Source of the DNA: a virus
Lineage: Duplodnaviria; Caudoviricetes
Virus record (IMG/VR): IMGVR_UViG_3300032286_000443
Span: 1 to 60,102 of that record
DNA: 60,102 nt
Strand: one strand, 5' to 3'
Shown here: piece by piece, positions 17,601 to 26,776 of the stretch
Layout: every line of letters begins with the position of its first letter
Position numbering within the stretch: position 1 is the first letter of the stretch
The notes under the pieces: model-generated
Databases searched by the model: none
The model's input: only the letters and a program-made list of their open reading frames with translations
Told to the model about the DNA's origin: nothing
Made by a program: the position numbers and the translations under genes

Positions 17601-19402
17601 GTCCATATCTCGTCAATAGGACCGTGCACCACTAGGTCTTCTAGGATGTCGTCGCCCCAGCAGAATGTATCATGCATCCAAAATACTTTTAGCTTGGCTG
17701 TTTCTCTAATGCGCTTAAAGTCCTCGTAGTCAAACTTGCGATTGGTAGTTTGAGGATATCCATACCAAGGCTCGGTGATAAAGGGAGTCACTACTCGACT
17801 GCTGACTACAATGTCGTACCCGCCTGGATCATTTTTAATTTCGCTAAGGGGCTTATATGTTACTCCGTCATAGACACCTGGTTGATAATCTTCTTCATCG
17901 CAGGCATTGTACACTGTTACATCAATGCCTATTTTGGCCAGCTCTTTGCTTACTAAAATAACTGCACTCTCACTGCCGCCCATGCCCTTACGACTCAGCG
18001 TAGCTCCATCATAAGCCATGCCTACAATGTCAATGATGGCCATGCGAGCTGTTCTCTGTACTAATGGCAATACAGGATCAGTCGGCTTAGCTGGCACAAT
18101 AATTTCTTCAGCATTGATAATTCTACGACCGAAGACCTTGTGCACACGATAGTTGATCCAGTCAGCTCGTTCTTTTTCTTCAGCAGCCAGTTCTAAATCA
18201 AATACACTATAGAAGTGCTGCTTCCATTGTAGGGCCACTGTGTCCCAAGTTGAGATATCTTTGGCAGCATTACAAGCATACTGCTTTTGTTGATGTAAGT
18301 AGGGATTGCTTACTACGCCAAGTACAAGATTAACATAACGATCTATTTGCCAATCTGTATTGATCCATGGAAAAAGTCCATTGGGCTCAATAGCATAGTC
18401 AATAAAATAACAGGCAGCATCTGTACCGCTTTCTTCCATGGCACCAAATCGTGTACCTATGATAGGAGTATTATAGTTGATACTTTCGATAGTGCTGATA
18501 CCACTGGTTTCTGGATATGCACCTGGATAGAGATTATAGCTGGCCTGTGCCATAATCTCAGCAATCTTAGGTTGAGGAATAATACCAGTAAATTCTATAC
18601 TCGTATCATGTTCAACGCTCTTCATCAAGTCTATAACTTTCTGTTGTGCTTCGCTTACTATCTCATTTCTAAACTTATAGTATCCGCCAATAACTTTTAA
18701 TCGGGCATTAGGAAGTCGCTGTTTGATTTTTGGCCAAATCTTAGTAACAAGAGGGATCATGCCTTTGGTAATACTGGCATTATAGACGAACAAATTAGGA
18801 TCTTTCTGCTTGATATCTACCCAATCGATCCAGCGATTAATAGCATTTCTAGTTGAAAAGATCTTGTTCTTTAGGACTTCAAAGTTACGGCGAGGACCGT
18901 GTGTACTGTTGCTGGTATAGGAAATGTGCCAATCGCTAATATTGAACACTTCGTCTAGGTGCTTTTCAACTAGAAGTTTTTCTAGTATATGATCACCCCA
19001 GATAAAAGTATCTTGTTGCCAAAGTATTTTTAGTTGATTTGGTTTTTGGACCTGTGCAAAAATTGCAGGATCGTAATCCCTAGGTGCAGGCTGACGAACT
19101 TCATTATAAAGTTCTAAAGGTGTAAAAGGAATTAGAGTGCGTTGACTGATTACAATGTCAAAACCGTAATCTTCTAGTCCCAGTGCACGAATAGGACGGT
19201 AAGTGACACCGTCGTAAATACCAGGTTTAGTTTCTTCACTGTCACAATCGTTAAAGATCGAAACGTCAAAGCCCAATTTTACCAATTCTACTGCTATTGA
19301 TATAATTGAGCTTTCTGAGCCGCCGATTCCTTTTTTCTTGAGTGTAGTACCGTCGTAGTTGAGACCGATACAGTCAATAATGGCAATTTTAAGTTTGTTC
19401 AT
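14645..19402 (-). CDS. Multidomain glycosyltransferase: GT4-like x2, GT2 x2, FkbM-type methyltransferase
   Basis: Two GGSES...ET(S/Y)GIS..E GT-B modules; IISPFYNA...IDDASTD...LLDGDD; FSVDSD...GFGCVL...SEDVHFC; VYDIGAS...LIKLDIQGAE. Confidence 0.9.
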   Translation of the reverse strand: MNKLKIAIIDCIGLNYDGTTLKKKGIGGSESSIISIAVELVKLGFDVSIFNDCDSEETKPGIYDGVTYRPIRALGLEDYGFDIVISQRTLIPFTPLELYNEVRQPAPRDYDPAIFAQVQKPNQLKILWQQDTFIWGDHILEKLLVEKHLDEVFNISDWHISYTSNSTHGPRRNFEVLKNKIFSTRNAINRWIDWVDIKQKDPNLFVYNASITKGMIPLVTKIWPKIKQRLPNARLKVIGGYYKFRNEIVSEAQQKVIDLMKSVEHDTSIEFTGIIPQPKIAEIMAQASYNLYPGAYPETSGISTIESINYNTPIIGTRFGAMEESGTDAACYFIDYAIEPNGLFPWINTDWQIDRYVNLVLGVVSNPYLHQQKQYACNAAKDISTWDTVALQWKQHFYSVFDLELAAEEKERADWINYRVHKVFGRRIINAEEIIVPAKPTDPVLPLVQRTARMAIIDIVGMAYDGATLSRKGMGGSESAVILVSKELAKIGIDVTVYNACDEEDYQPGVYDGVTYKPLSEIKNDPGGYDIVVSSRVVTPFITEPWYGYPQTTNRKFDYEDFKRIRETAKLKVFWMHDTFCWGDDILEDLVVHGPIDEIWTLSDFHAMYVMNCSHPKMRNYEVLRRHMWTTRNGIVKYFDSVDLDAKDLNMYIFNANMSKGLAPLLNDVWPRVKERLPDARLTVIGGHYKLGAAFAHADEESEFMKIAGPSMDDPTITFTGIVPQKTVAELSAKAGWFIYPASLPETYGISTVEALYANTPLLTCRFGALEETSTDNSYLIDYAITPNGLFPNINPQLQVEKFVDMVVDAAGDLDEYRRRQLALNDIKDLVGWDVTALEWKQHIYSKIGLYLSKEEAQQVNYTKSKYHKVFGRRYSTPEEWLAPKQRPEQKIVIISPFYNAANYIESCIASVAAQDYDNYLHILIDDASTDDGYDVAEKYIDNLPNGLSDHFMLVSNPENRGAVYNHITTIRDQDPDAIIMLLDGDDSLVNQPDILTYYNRVHCDADFTYGSCWSMVDSIPLVSQPYPPEVKSVKAYKDYRFNWNMPYTHLRTFKARLVQGEPDNKFQDSEGNWFKAGGDNATFYSALSNCESDKVYVVSDIVYNYNDISPINDYKVNKDAQDRAIATIVGKIAELKTFNPVVEMTQPSYNKPKRILIAVPTNRNIEATTFKSIYDLIIPDGYTVDFQYFWGYQVDQVRNLIAHWGIQNGYDYIFSVDSDISFAPDTLAKMLSHNKDIVSGVYIQRIPGRHCIELMRKNAHGGVTHVDWSDIKGQGLVPIDGCGFGCVLVKIEVYKAIPYPHFLYHSAIDHSNTLSEDVHFCNQARDRGFTMWADTDIICDHTGSWTFKVDMNMPARNPVDKILLRLKEIRHAVSMPEDHRQYLSHMKNALGINPKVVYDIGASTLHWYDSAKIVWSNADYIAFDGMVECAALYEEAGVKYAVNLLSDKDHRELYFYENKENPAGNSYYRENVEFSPAAQFLYDDAHRVKKLAKTLDTVVKENGFPMPDLIKLDIQGAEVDVLQGAKQVLKHCANLIVEIQEVEYNKGAPLKQEVIDYLESIGFDLVGDKFSGDHIAGDYHFTRK

Positions 19403-19457
19403 AGATACATATTTAATGTATCTATATTATAACAGATAGATAGTTTGGTTGTCTAGT

Positions 19458-19898
19458 TTATTGGCACCAACTTTGCTTTGCTTCGCCGTAGTATTCACGG
19501 GCAAATCCGTTGGCAATCAATCCTTGACGAACACTTTGTCCGTTGACTAGAATGTCTCCTAGCACACGACCACCAAACTTGTCCCAGGCATACATAGTGA
19601 CTTGAATCTTTCCGCCTTGAGCAATAAGTTGGCTAGTGAACTTGCTGGCTAATTGTGCTCGTTGGTCTTCTTGCGGGCACTGAGCACGGAAGCCTTTTTC
19701 CGGAGTATCAACACCAAAAATACGCACTGCCAGTTCTGGCTTTAATGGTGCTGGTAGAAATGGTGCTGCGATAACAATGGTGTCACCGTCGCTGACACGC
19801 AGAATCTGTGCGTCATAGGTTACGCCTTTGGGTGTTTTTTGTGCTAGAGCTGGTAATGCTGCGGCAGCAATTAGTAGGGTTAATAATAGTTTTTTCAT
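19458..19898 (-). CDS. Thermonuclease (SNase-like) with signal peptide
   Basis: VSDGDTI, VRIFGVDTPE, DKFGGRVLG motifs; MKKLLLTLLIAAAALPALA signal; start moved to ATG 19898. Confidence 0.9.
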   Translation of the reverse strand: MKKLLLTLLIAAAALPALAQKTPKGVTYDAQILRVSDGDTIVIAAPFLPAPLKPELAVRIFGVDTPEKGFRAQCPQEDQRAQLASKFTSQLIAQGGKIQVTMYAWDKFGGRVLGDILVNGQSVRQGLIANGFAREYYGEAKQSWCQ

Positions 19899-19923
19899 AA
19901 TGTATTTACTTAATAAATTGTTT

Positions 19924-22900
19924 TTACTGACTACCAAAGCCAAATATCCAAACACCACCGATGGCAGCGGTAGTTGATAATACTTCAATCATCATACTTG
20001 ACTGTGCTACTCCACCGCCGCCTAGCACAAAGGTGATGACACCGTTACTACACTGACTGGCTGTGACTCCGGTAAATGTGAATATGTCCTGGACACGATG
20101 TGGAGTAATAAAGATTTTAACCCTGCGTCCTGCTGTAAAGTTGCTGAGTGTAATAGCTCTGTTACCGTTGGCACCGGGTTGCCAAAATATCATAGTTGGG
20201 CCGCTGGTCATATCAACAGCCAATGTAGTAGTCTGCGTGGTAACGAAAGAAGTAAAACTATCAACGCCAGTTGGTACAGCACTGATAACGCCTGCGTTGG
20301 CTGTGATGGTTGTGCCGTCTACCTTGGCAATACCAAATGTGCTGGTGCTGGCTTTATCTATTGTTCCGCCCAGTGTTAAGTTACCCGATGTAGTGACAGT
20401 TCCCGTTAATGTCAATCCACTGACTGTGCCTGTACCGCTAACACTGGTCACTGTGCCTGTGGCTGTATTAGTAGCATTGATAGTGATAGCAGTGCTTCCA
20501 TTATAAGTAGTGCCCGTGCTAAATGATATGCCTGTACCGGCTGTGAGATTCTGTCTAACATTGTTAGCACTTCCGCTGATACTGCCTACAATCTGATTGG
20601 CAAATGTGGCTACACCCGAAGCATTTACAGTGACAGCATCTGTGCTGCTGTTGTTGGTTACTATGCGAAGGGTGTTGTTGCCCAGTGTACCAATGACTAG
20701 ATCGCTGGATACTGATGCAAGGTAAACAGCATTAGGTAGAGCAAAACTACCAACGCCGCTGAACCCACTTGAGTTCATACCAAACTCACCGTAGTAGGTA
20801 GAGGCTGTGCCCTGATTGTTGCTGACTATGTAGTTGGTACTGGCAGCGGCCCCTGCGCTTCTATTCTGTAGTATTATCTGATTGTAACTGTTGGTTGACA
20901 TGCTAAAGTCAGCCATAATACCTGTATCACTGTAACTCAAATCACCAAAGTTGAAAGGACCGTGATCTGTGCTGAGTGTGGCATCTCGTGTGGCTGAGAA
21001 GTCTTTGGCTATTAGTCCGCCTGAGCCGTCTCTTAATGCTATTGTGTTGTTGGTATCATTAGCAGTAGCATCACTGGTAACTGTGACAGCACCACTGACC
21101 ACACTAGCAGATATATGATTAGTGCCTGTAACACTTAATACACCTGTGTTGGATATTGTAACTGTGCCGGTGCCCGATACACCAATGCCTGTACCTGCGG
21201 ATATACCAACTACACCATTGTTAGATAATGTTATTGATCCACCCAATGCCACTGTGCCACCGCCTAATAGTCCAGTACCTGCTGTAACTGTTATTGAACT
21301 GTTGGTTAGTTTAGCATTGGCAATACTGCCTGTATTTAATGTACTGGTAATGTCTGAACTTTGAACTTGTACCACACCTGTTTGAACTGAACCACCGTCA
21401 AACTGTATGCTAACAACACCGGTAACTGGAGGAATATAATCCCAAGTGGCGCCGTTGAATATGACAAATCCACCTGCGGCATAGGTTACATCCCCTGTGC
21501 CATTGATGTTCTGTGTGCCGCCTGTGCTGATACTGTATTCCCAACCTGATATTAATCCCACAGGAGTTGTAGTACTCAATGCTGGAGAGTTGCCGGATGC
21601 GTTCCAGGATCCTTTGTAGATGATTGGATTTTCTGTAACTGGCAATGCCTGCCACGACATTGTAGATCCGTTTGATTTTAACCATAAGTTAGTCTGCCCC
21701 AGAGGTGTTGGGAAGTAGGTCAGTCTATCACCATTGCGGAATGTAACGCCTGCTGCGGTGTCTACTGCTCCGGCAAAGGTTATGCCAGTGCTGTCGACAG
21801 TGGCTGATACTTGTGTAGCCGTGTTGCCAACAGGAGTAGTAGAAAATACAAACTTAGTGCCTGAGGCAGTATTAGTAAATGGTTCTGCGGCCACAGCATC
21901 AAAGCGGCTGATACCAGTCATATACTGACTTGTACCATATCCTACTGCTGAAAAGCGTGATAGTATGTCTCCACTTTGTGATGCTGTAGGAGCAGTCACT
22001 GTGCCACGGGCCGCACGACCCGCATACAGCGGATAAACATTTGTGCCAAAACTGTCTGAACTTATACGACTGCTTTTACCGTCTTGTGCTGTTAGGTGTA
22101 ACAGTGTACCATCGTAGAGTGCGCCGCGGGGCTGTGTTAGTCCACTGGCAGTACCAATGATGTTTAGTGTGCCTTTGTTGGGGTCAGCACCATTAGGCGT
22201 AAAGATAGAAGTAATACCGTCTCTGTCAACTTCAAAAGCCAGTGCTCCTAGATTATTTTTAACTTTGATAGCACGATTGAATACTACACTGGCTGTAGCA
22301 CCTGTTGAGCCTATGATCATATCACGAGCAGAGTTAGCAATCCTAATCTGATTGTCTATTAAAGTAAACTCGCCCACTGTCAGTCCAGAACCGTTTTGTA
22401 CATACAACAGACCATCACGGGCACCAATGGCAATGTCCTTGCCCAGAGTTTCATCTAGCACATAGATAGTGCCCGGACCGATGTAAACTGACTTCCAGCG
22501 TTTGGTTGGTGAACCTAGATTGCTGATGTTGGTGGTCACTGGCAGTATGTTGGTGTTGACAATAACATCACCTAGTCCAGTGCTGTCAAGGAAGATGTCT
22601 GTGCCCTGAGCACTTTGAATGTTTAGGTTGGCCTTGTCCAGAGGACGAGTAAGGTTGAATACTGCGCCCGGTAAAGGCAGTACCTGTCCCAGTCCTGCTA
22701 GATCTAAGTCAACTATGACATAGGTATTCCAAGTTGAAGTATCGCCACCGCCGGGGCCGCCTAATCCACGATCTTTAACTGTGCTGGGAACAATGCCTGC
22801 TCCAGTTAGTTTGTCGTCAATTTCAATAGCACTGATAGGAGTACCACTGACGCCTGGACTCAGTTCAAATACTGTCCAAGGAGCAGGTACACCGTTGATA

Positions 22901-23412
22901 TTACCGTAGACACCAATGGCCAACGCATCGTTGGTGCCAGTGCTAGAGTCAACTATGCTGGTCAACTCATAGGTTGTGATATAGGATTCAATATTTAAGG
23001 TGGTATTGACTACTGAGCCTAAACTGCCAATTTTAAGAGCAGGTACACGCACACTGCCGTTGAGTGGTTCGAGTACAATGTCAGCGCCGTTGACACTACC
23101 TATGATAGTCTGTAGGTTGGTGTCTGCTGGATCAGCATTGGGATCGTTGCCCACTGATAGATTTTTTAACTCGTTGGCTGGAGCAAATGTAAACACACCA
23201 GTGGTGTTGTCATAACTTAAACTGCCACCATTTGATGCTGTGGTTGTTGTTACACTCAGTGCTGTTAAATCCATTGTATCTCCACCGCTGTATGTTAAGA
23301 CTCGTAAGACTGGCTCACCTGCATCATTGTAGGTCATTGCCTTGTGTACGTTTAGTAGGTTAGGCTCATCTGGGTGAACATAACCGGTGCTGTTAGGATT
23401 TAGAACGCCCAT
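19924..23412 (-). CDS. Long tail-fibre-like protein
   Basis: 1162 aa, G/S/T-rich; NLGSPTKRWKSVY, YKGSWNASGNSP, AGTGL/AGTGI repeats. Confidence 0.8.
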   Translation of the reverse strand: MGVLNPNSTGYVHPDEPNLLNVHKAMTYNDAGEPVLRVLTYSGGDTMDLTALSVTTTTASNGGSLSYDNTTGVFTFAPANELKNLSVGNDPNADPADTNLQTIIGSVNGADIVLEPLNGSVRVPALKIGSLGSVVNTTLNIESYITTYELTSIVDSSTGTNDALAIGVYGNINGVPAPWTVFELSPGVSGTPISAIEIDDKLTGAGIVPSTVKDRGLGGPGGGDTSTWNTYVIVDLDLAGLGQVLPLPGAVFNLTRPLDKANLNIQSAQGTDIFLDSTGLGDVIVNTNILPVTTNISNLGSPTKRWKSVYIGPGTIYVLDETLGKDIAIGARDGLLYVQNGSGLTVGEFTLIDNQIRIANSARDMIIGSTGATASVVFNRAIKVKNNLGALAFEVDRDGITSIFTPNGADPNKGTLNIIGTASGLTQPRGALYDGTLLHLTAQDGKSSRISSDSFGTNVYPLYAGRAARGTVTAPTASQSGDILSRFSAVGYGTSQYMTGISRFDAVAAEPFTNTASGTKFVFSTTPVGNTATQVSATVDSTGITFAGAVDTAAGVTFRNGDRLTYFPTPLGQTNLWLKSNGSTMSWQALPVTENPIIYKGSWNASGNSPALSTTTPVGLISGWEYSISTGGTQNINGTGDVTYAAGGFVIFNGATWDYIPPVTGVVSIQFDGGSVQTGVVQVQSSDITSTLNTGSIANAKLTNSSITVTAGTGLLGGGTVALGGSITLSNNGVVGISAGTGIGVSGTGTVTISNTGVLSVTGTNHISASVVSGAVTVTSDATANDTNNTIALRDGSGGLIAKDFSATRDATLSTDHGPFNFGDLSYSDTGIMADFSMSTNSYNQIILQNRSAGAAASTNYIVSNNQGTASTYYGEFGMNSSGFSGVGSFALPNAVYLASVSSDLVIGTLGNNTLRIVTNNSSTDAVTVNASGVATFANQIVGSISGSANNVRQNLTAGTGISFSTGTTYNGSTAITINATNTATGTVTSVSGTGTVSGLTLTGTVTTSGNLTLGGTIDKASTSTFGIAKVDGTTITANAGVISAVPTGVDSFTSFVTTQTTTLAVDMTSGPTMIFWQPGANGNRAITLSNFTAGRRVKIFITPHRVQDIFTFTGVTASQCSNGVITFVLGGGGVAQSSMMIEVLSTTAAIGGVWIFGFGSQ

Positions 23413-23415
23413 ATT

Positions 23416-24129
23416 TTAAGGAGGAGTACCTGATCTATACGTAAAGCTAGTTATTGCTCCGCCGGGTACATCAACAGTGTATTCCCACTGTATATCGTTG
23501 GCAGGCGTTGTGCCTCCTGTCAACTGATTACCTGGCATTGTAATCACTGGAACAACACCCTCACCATAGGGATACCCGCCAGCACCATATGGGCAAGTAA
23601 CGTTTTCAAAAGTTCCATTGGCTTTTAGAGTAAAACTGATTGTAGCTTCACCGTAGGTGAATATTAGATTTGTATATACCTGATCAACACCAGTCCAAGG
23701 ACGTCCAATAATCAATGTGCTGGTAGTACCCACGGTGCTGGTATTACTGATATATTTGTCTGCTAGCAAATCTATATCATAGGTGTTGAGTTTTCTATAA
23801 TAGTTTGTAGTTGTACTGCCGGCTGCTTGTCTGCGTAACTGTGCTAGTTCTAGTTTAGCTAACTGTCTATCTACTTTGTTTGTAGCAGTTGAAATATTAT
23901 TACTACTGTAAATTGTAGTAGCAGTGGTGATACCATAAGATCCCAATGTACCACTGACCAATACTGTAGCGGTGGTAGCATCATTCTTAATGTAAAATTC
24001 CATGATAGAGGTGCTGACACCCTCTATAGCATTTACCAATGTTTTTAGTTGTGCAACTGTGGTTGCGGTGGTTGCCGTAGTGGATAAACGTGTAGCACTG
24101 TTAAGGAAACTTTGAACTAGAATAGTCAT
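23416..24129 (-). CDS. Virion-cluster protein with N-terminal ubiquitin-like (beta-grasp) domain
   Basis: First ~75 aa align by eye with ubiquitin (TVAQLKTLVNAIEGV vs TIENVKAKIQDKEGI; TLGSYGI vs TLSDYNI). Confidence 0.55.
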   Translation of the reverse strand: MTILVQSFLNSATRLSTTATTATTVAQLKTLVNAIEGVSTSIMEFYIKNDATTATVLVSGTLGSYGITTATTIYSSNNISTATNKVDRQLAKLELAQLRRQAAGSTTTNYYRKLNTYDIDLLADKYISNTSTVGTTSTLIIGRPWTGVDQVYTNLIFTYGEATISFTLKANGTFENVTCPYGAGGYPYGEGVVPVITMPGNQLTGGTTPANDIQWEYTVDVPGGAITSFTYRSGTPP

Positions 24130-24138
24130 TGTAGTTCC

Positions 24139-24459
24139 TTATTTTGTTTGGAAGTTTGGATACATGCTCACGCTGTCTGCTCGTATATCAGCGGGATCCT
24201 TGGGGCCATTCCACCCGCCGCCAGCGTGTGTGGTAACTGATTCAATGCCTGCCACCACTTCTGCAGGGCTGTTGTCATACATTTGTGCTCGTTCTGCGCT
24301 TAGAATATCAAAGATCTGTTTAAATCTGTTGGTATCTACACCTGTTTGAACGGGTTCTTCAACAGGTACTATTGCCACAACCTCTGGCTCAGGTTGTTGG
24401 GCACAATCTAGTTGATCAATTAGATCAAGTACACCACGGATAATTTCAGTTGCTCTCAT
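24139..24459 (-). CDS. Hypothetical protein (candidate internal head protein)
   Basis: 106 aa, MRATEII start, AGGGWNGPKDPADIR motif. Confidence 0.65.
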   Translation of the reverse strand: MRATEIIRGVLDLIDQLDCAQQPEPEVVAIVPVEEPVQTGVDTNRFKQIFDILSAERAQMYDNSPAEVVAGIESVTTHAGGGWNGPKDPADIRADSVSMYPNFQTK

Positions 24460-24469
24460 AATCTACTAT

Positions 24470-25174
24470 TTAACCTTTTAACTTGGCTAAACCTACAAAC
24501 TCCAGCCCTTTAATATACATCCAGCCTATGTCAAATTCGTACCATTTACGACTGAACTTGGGATTGGCAATGTCTGCATGGTGATTATTGTGTAGTTCTT
24601 CGCCGCCAATCCATATACCTATTGGCATCAAATTGGTGCTTTTGTCATTGGTCTCAGTATTGCGATACCCCCACCAATGTCCTGCTCCGTTGATAAATCC
24701 AGCGGCCCAGAATGGAATCCATATCATCTGTACGCCCCACACTAAAAATCCCCAAAGTCCAAATAATGCTAGGTCTATGGCCAACATTACAAGAATGCCC
24801 AGTCGATGGTGTGGAATGTATAGTTTACGTTCAATCCAATCTTTAGGAGTACCCATACCGTATTTCATAACCATGCCTGCGTCACTTCCTGCTCGGTTGT
24901 AATACTTAACCCCGCCAAATACTAGATTCCAAATGCCATATATGTGTGGGCTATGTGGGTCACCTTCTACGTCTGTATTTTGATGGTGCTTGCGGTGTAT
25001 AGCTACCCACTGTTTAGTTGTCATACCAGTAGTGAGCCATAACCAGAAACGCATTGCATGTGAAACTACTGGGTGAAATTCTACGCCGCGATGTGCTTGA
25101 CTGCGATGTAAGTATAGCGTAACTGACACTATGGTCAAGTGTGTCATTAAGAGTGTTATTAATATTAGTTCCAT
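24470..25174 (-). CDS. Membrane fatty-acid (delta-9-type) desaturase
   Basis: Three His boxes HRSQAH, HRKHH, HNNHH and transmembrane segments. Confidence 0.92.
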   Translation of the reverse strand: MELILITLLMTHLTIVSVTLYLHRSQAHRGVEFHPVVSHAMRFWLWLTTGMTTKQWVAIHRKHHQNTDVEGDPHSPHIYGIWNLVFGGVKYYNRAGSDAGMVMKYGMGTPKDWIERKLYIPHHRLGILVMLAIDLALFGLWGFLVWGVQMIWIPFWAAGFINGAGHWWGYRNTETNDKSTNLMPIGIWIGGEELHNNHHADIANPKFSRKWYEFDIGWMYIKGLEFVGLAKLKG

Positions 25175-25243
25175 AGTGTATTTAACGTCTTTTAAAGTTA
25201 ACTGTCATGCTAACTCACTGAACAAAATCAAAGATACTGCGGA

Positions 25244-25271
25244 TAAAAGAAACCCCAACATTGTTGGGGTT
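25244..25271 (-). terminator. Intrinsic terminator
   Basis: AACCCCAACA-T-TGTTGGGGTT inverted repeat followed by a T-rich run on the minus strand. Confidence 0.7.
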
Positions 25272-25284
25272 GTATACTGGCAAA

Positions 25285-25839
25285 TTAGAAACTACGTATA
25301 TAGCTCAATACTAGAGTATTTTGATCTTGATCACCTCGAACACGATCAAAACGTAGGTTCACAGCATCCTGCTTGCTGAAATCATACTTTACACCAACTC
25401 TCCAGGTATTAGTGCGATCAGCAAACTTAGCACTGTCTACAGCATCGCGGTATCGATATCCTACTCTGGTGCTAAAACCGTTGCCTAGCGGAACAATAAT
25501 GCCTGGCTCAATACTTGTATAGGTAAAGTTACCTGTAGTGTTGAATTTTTCACCAACAGCAACTTTAGTATATAGTTTGCCAAATCCAAGATTGTAACTA
25601 GGAGTGATACCTAGTTCTAATCGTGTGTTCATCGAGTTCGTGCCTTCTGTTTGGGTAGTTTGATATTGGAAGTCTGCTTCTAAATTTTTGTTTAGAGTTT
25701 TACCATACTTCATTAATACACCGTTGCCATCTTTACCGCCATTTAATCCGCTGGTCCAAGCACGATCAATGACAATGTTGTCTGCAAATGCTAGGGCAGA
25801 TGTTGCTGCCATTAAAAACCCAATTACTAATTTTTTCAT
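25285..25839 (-). CDS. Small outer-membrane beta-barrel/porin-like protein
   Basis: Signal peptide ending AFA, alternating beta-strand pattern, C-terminal YIRSF (BAM-type signal); AAGGAG RBS. Confidence 0.75.
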   Translation of the reverse strand: MKKLVIGFLMAATSALAFADNIVIDRAWTSGLNGGKDGNGVLMKYGKTLNKNLEADFQYQTTQTEGTNSMNTRLELGITPSYNLGFGKLYTKVAVGEKFNTTGNFTYTSIEPGIIVPLGNGFSTRVGYRYRDAVDSAKFADRTNTWRVGVKYDFSKQDAVNLRFDRVRGDQDQNTLVLSYIRSF

Positions 25840-25873
25840 AAATTCTCCTTTTGAATTGTATAGTATATTTTAC

Positions 25874-26776
25874 TTATTGTTTTATTTTTGTCAACCGAAT
25901 AATCTCGGCAAACTCTCGTTGTTGTTGTATGCGTAGTTTGAGTATGGCTTCGGCAGATCCAGATTCTGGTAATATGTATGTCTTTGTGTACAGATCGTGA
26001 TCTCGAGATACCTTACGGAATAGGTCTGCAATCTGCCCCAGTGTATTTTCATCTGCTGTAGCATTACTTACTATCATCCAATGTGTACTGGCCCCTGCTC
26101 CAGGATAGCCTAGTTCTGTAAAAGTTGGCATGTTAGGTGCTAAGGGTAATCTGCGTGTGCTTAGATTAGCAATAAACTCAATCTTACCTGCTTGTTCAAA
26201 GGGTAATAGTGTAGCAACACTACCCCACATGGCATCAATACTGCCGTTCATTAGATCATTTAAGGCAGGTGCTATGCCTTTGTAGGGAATGGCTTCTAAA
26301 GGCAAATTCATGCTCTTGGCTAAACTATAAGTGTAGTAATGATGCGGGCTACCTATGCCGTTGGTTCCTACATTGATAGGACGAGGCACTGTTTTCCAGT
26401 ATATTAAATTCTTATATGGACTACCTTTGACCACTGCCAGTGCTGTTGATGTTGAGCCTAGTAGTCCTAGAAACTTAAAATCTGCTAGGTCTAAGTTATT
26501 GCTGACCACAACATTGGCCAGTGCATTAGCATCTATAAACATCAGTACGACTTCATTGGTCTTTGTGCGGGCAACACTGGTAATGCCTATACTAGATCCA
26601 GCACCTAGTCTATACTCTACAGCAACAGGTCGTTTCATTTCTTGTGTGACAATCTTTTCTGCTTCACGAGTAATAATATCAACTTGACCGCCTGGGCTGA
26701 ATGGCACAACCATTTTAATAGGCTGTGCTGTTGCTGACGCACAGAATAACAATCCAAAAATTAATTTACCAAACAT
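25874..26776 (-). CDS. Tripartite tricarboxylate transporter substrate-binding protein (Bug/TctC family)
   Basis: PIKMVVPFSPGGQVD, GAGSSIG, IPYKGIAPALNDLMNG, PTFTELGYPG. Confidence 0.9.
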   Translation of the reverse strand: MFGKLIFGLLFCASATAQPIKMVVPFSPGGQVDIITREAEKIVTQEMKRPVAVEYRLGAGSSIGITSVARTKTNEVVLMFIDANALANVVVSNNLDLADFKFLGLLGSTSTALAVVKGSPYKNLIYWKTVPRPINVGTNGIGSPHHYYTYSLAKSMNLPLEAIPYKGIAPALNDLMNGSIDAMWGSVATLLPFEQAGKIEFIANLSTRRLPLAPNMPTFTELGYPGAGASTHWMIVSNATADENTLGQIADLFRKVSRDHDLYTKTYILPESGSAEAILKLRIQQQREFAEIIRLTKIKQ

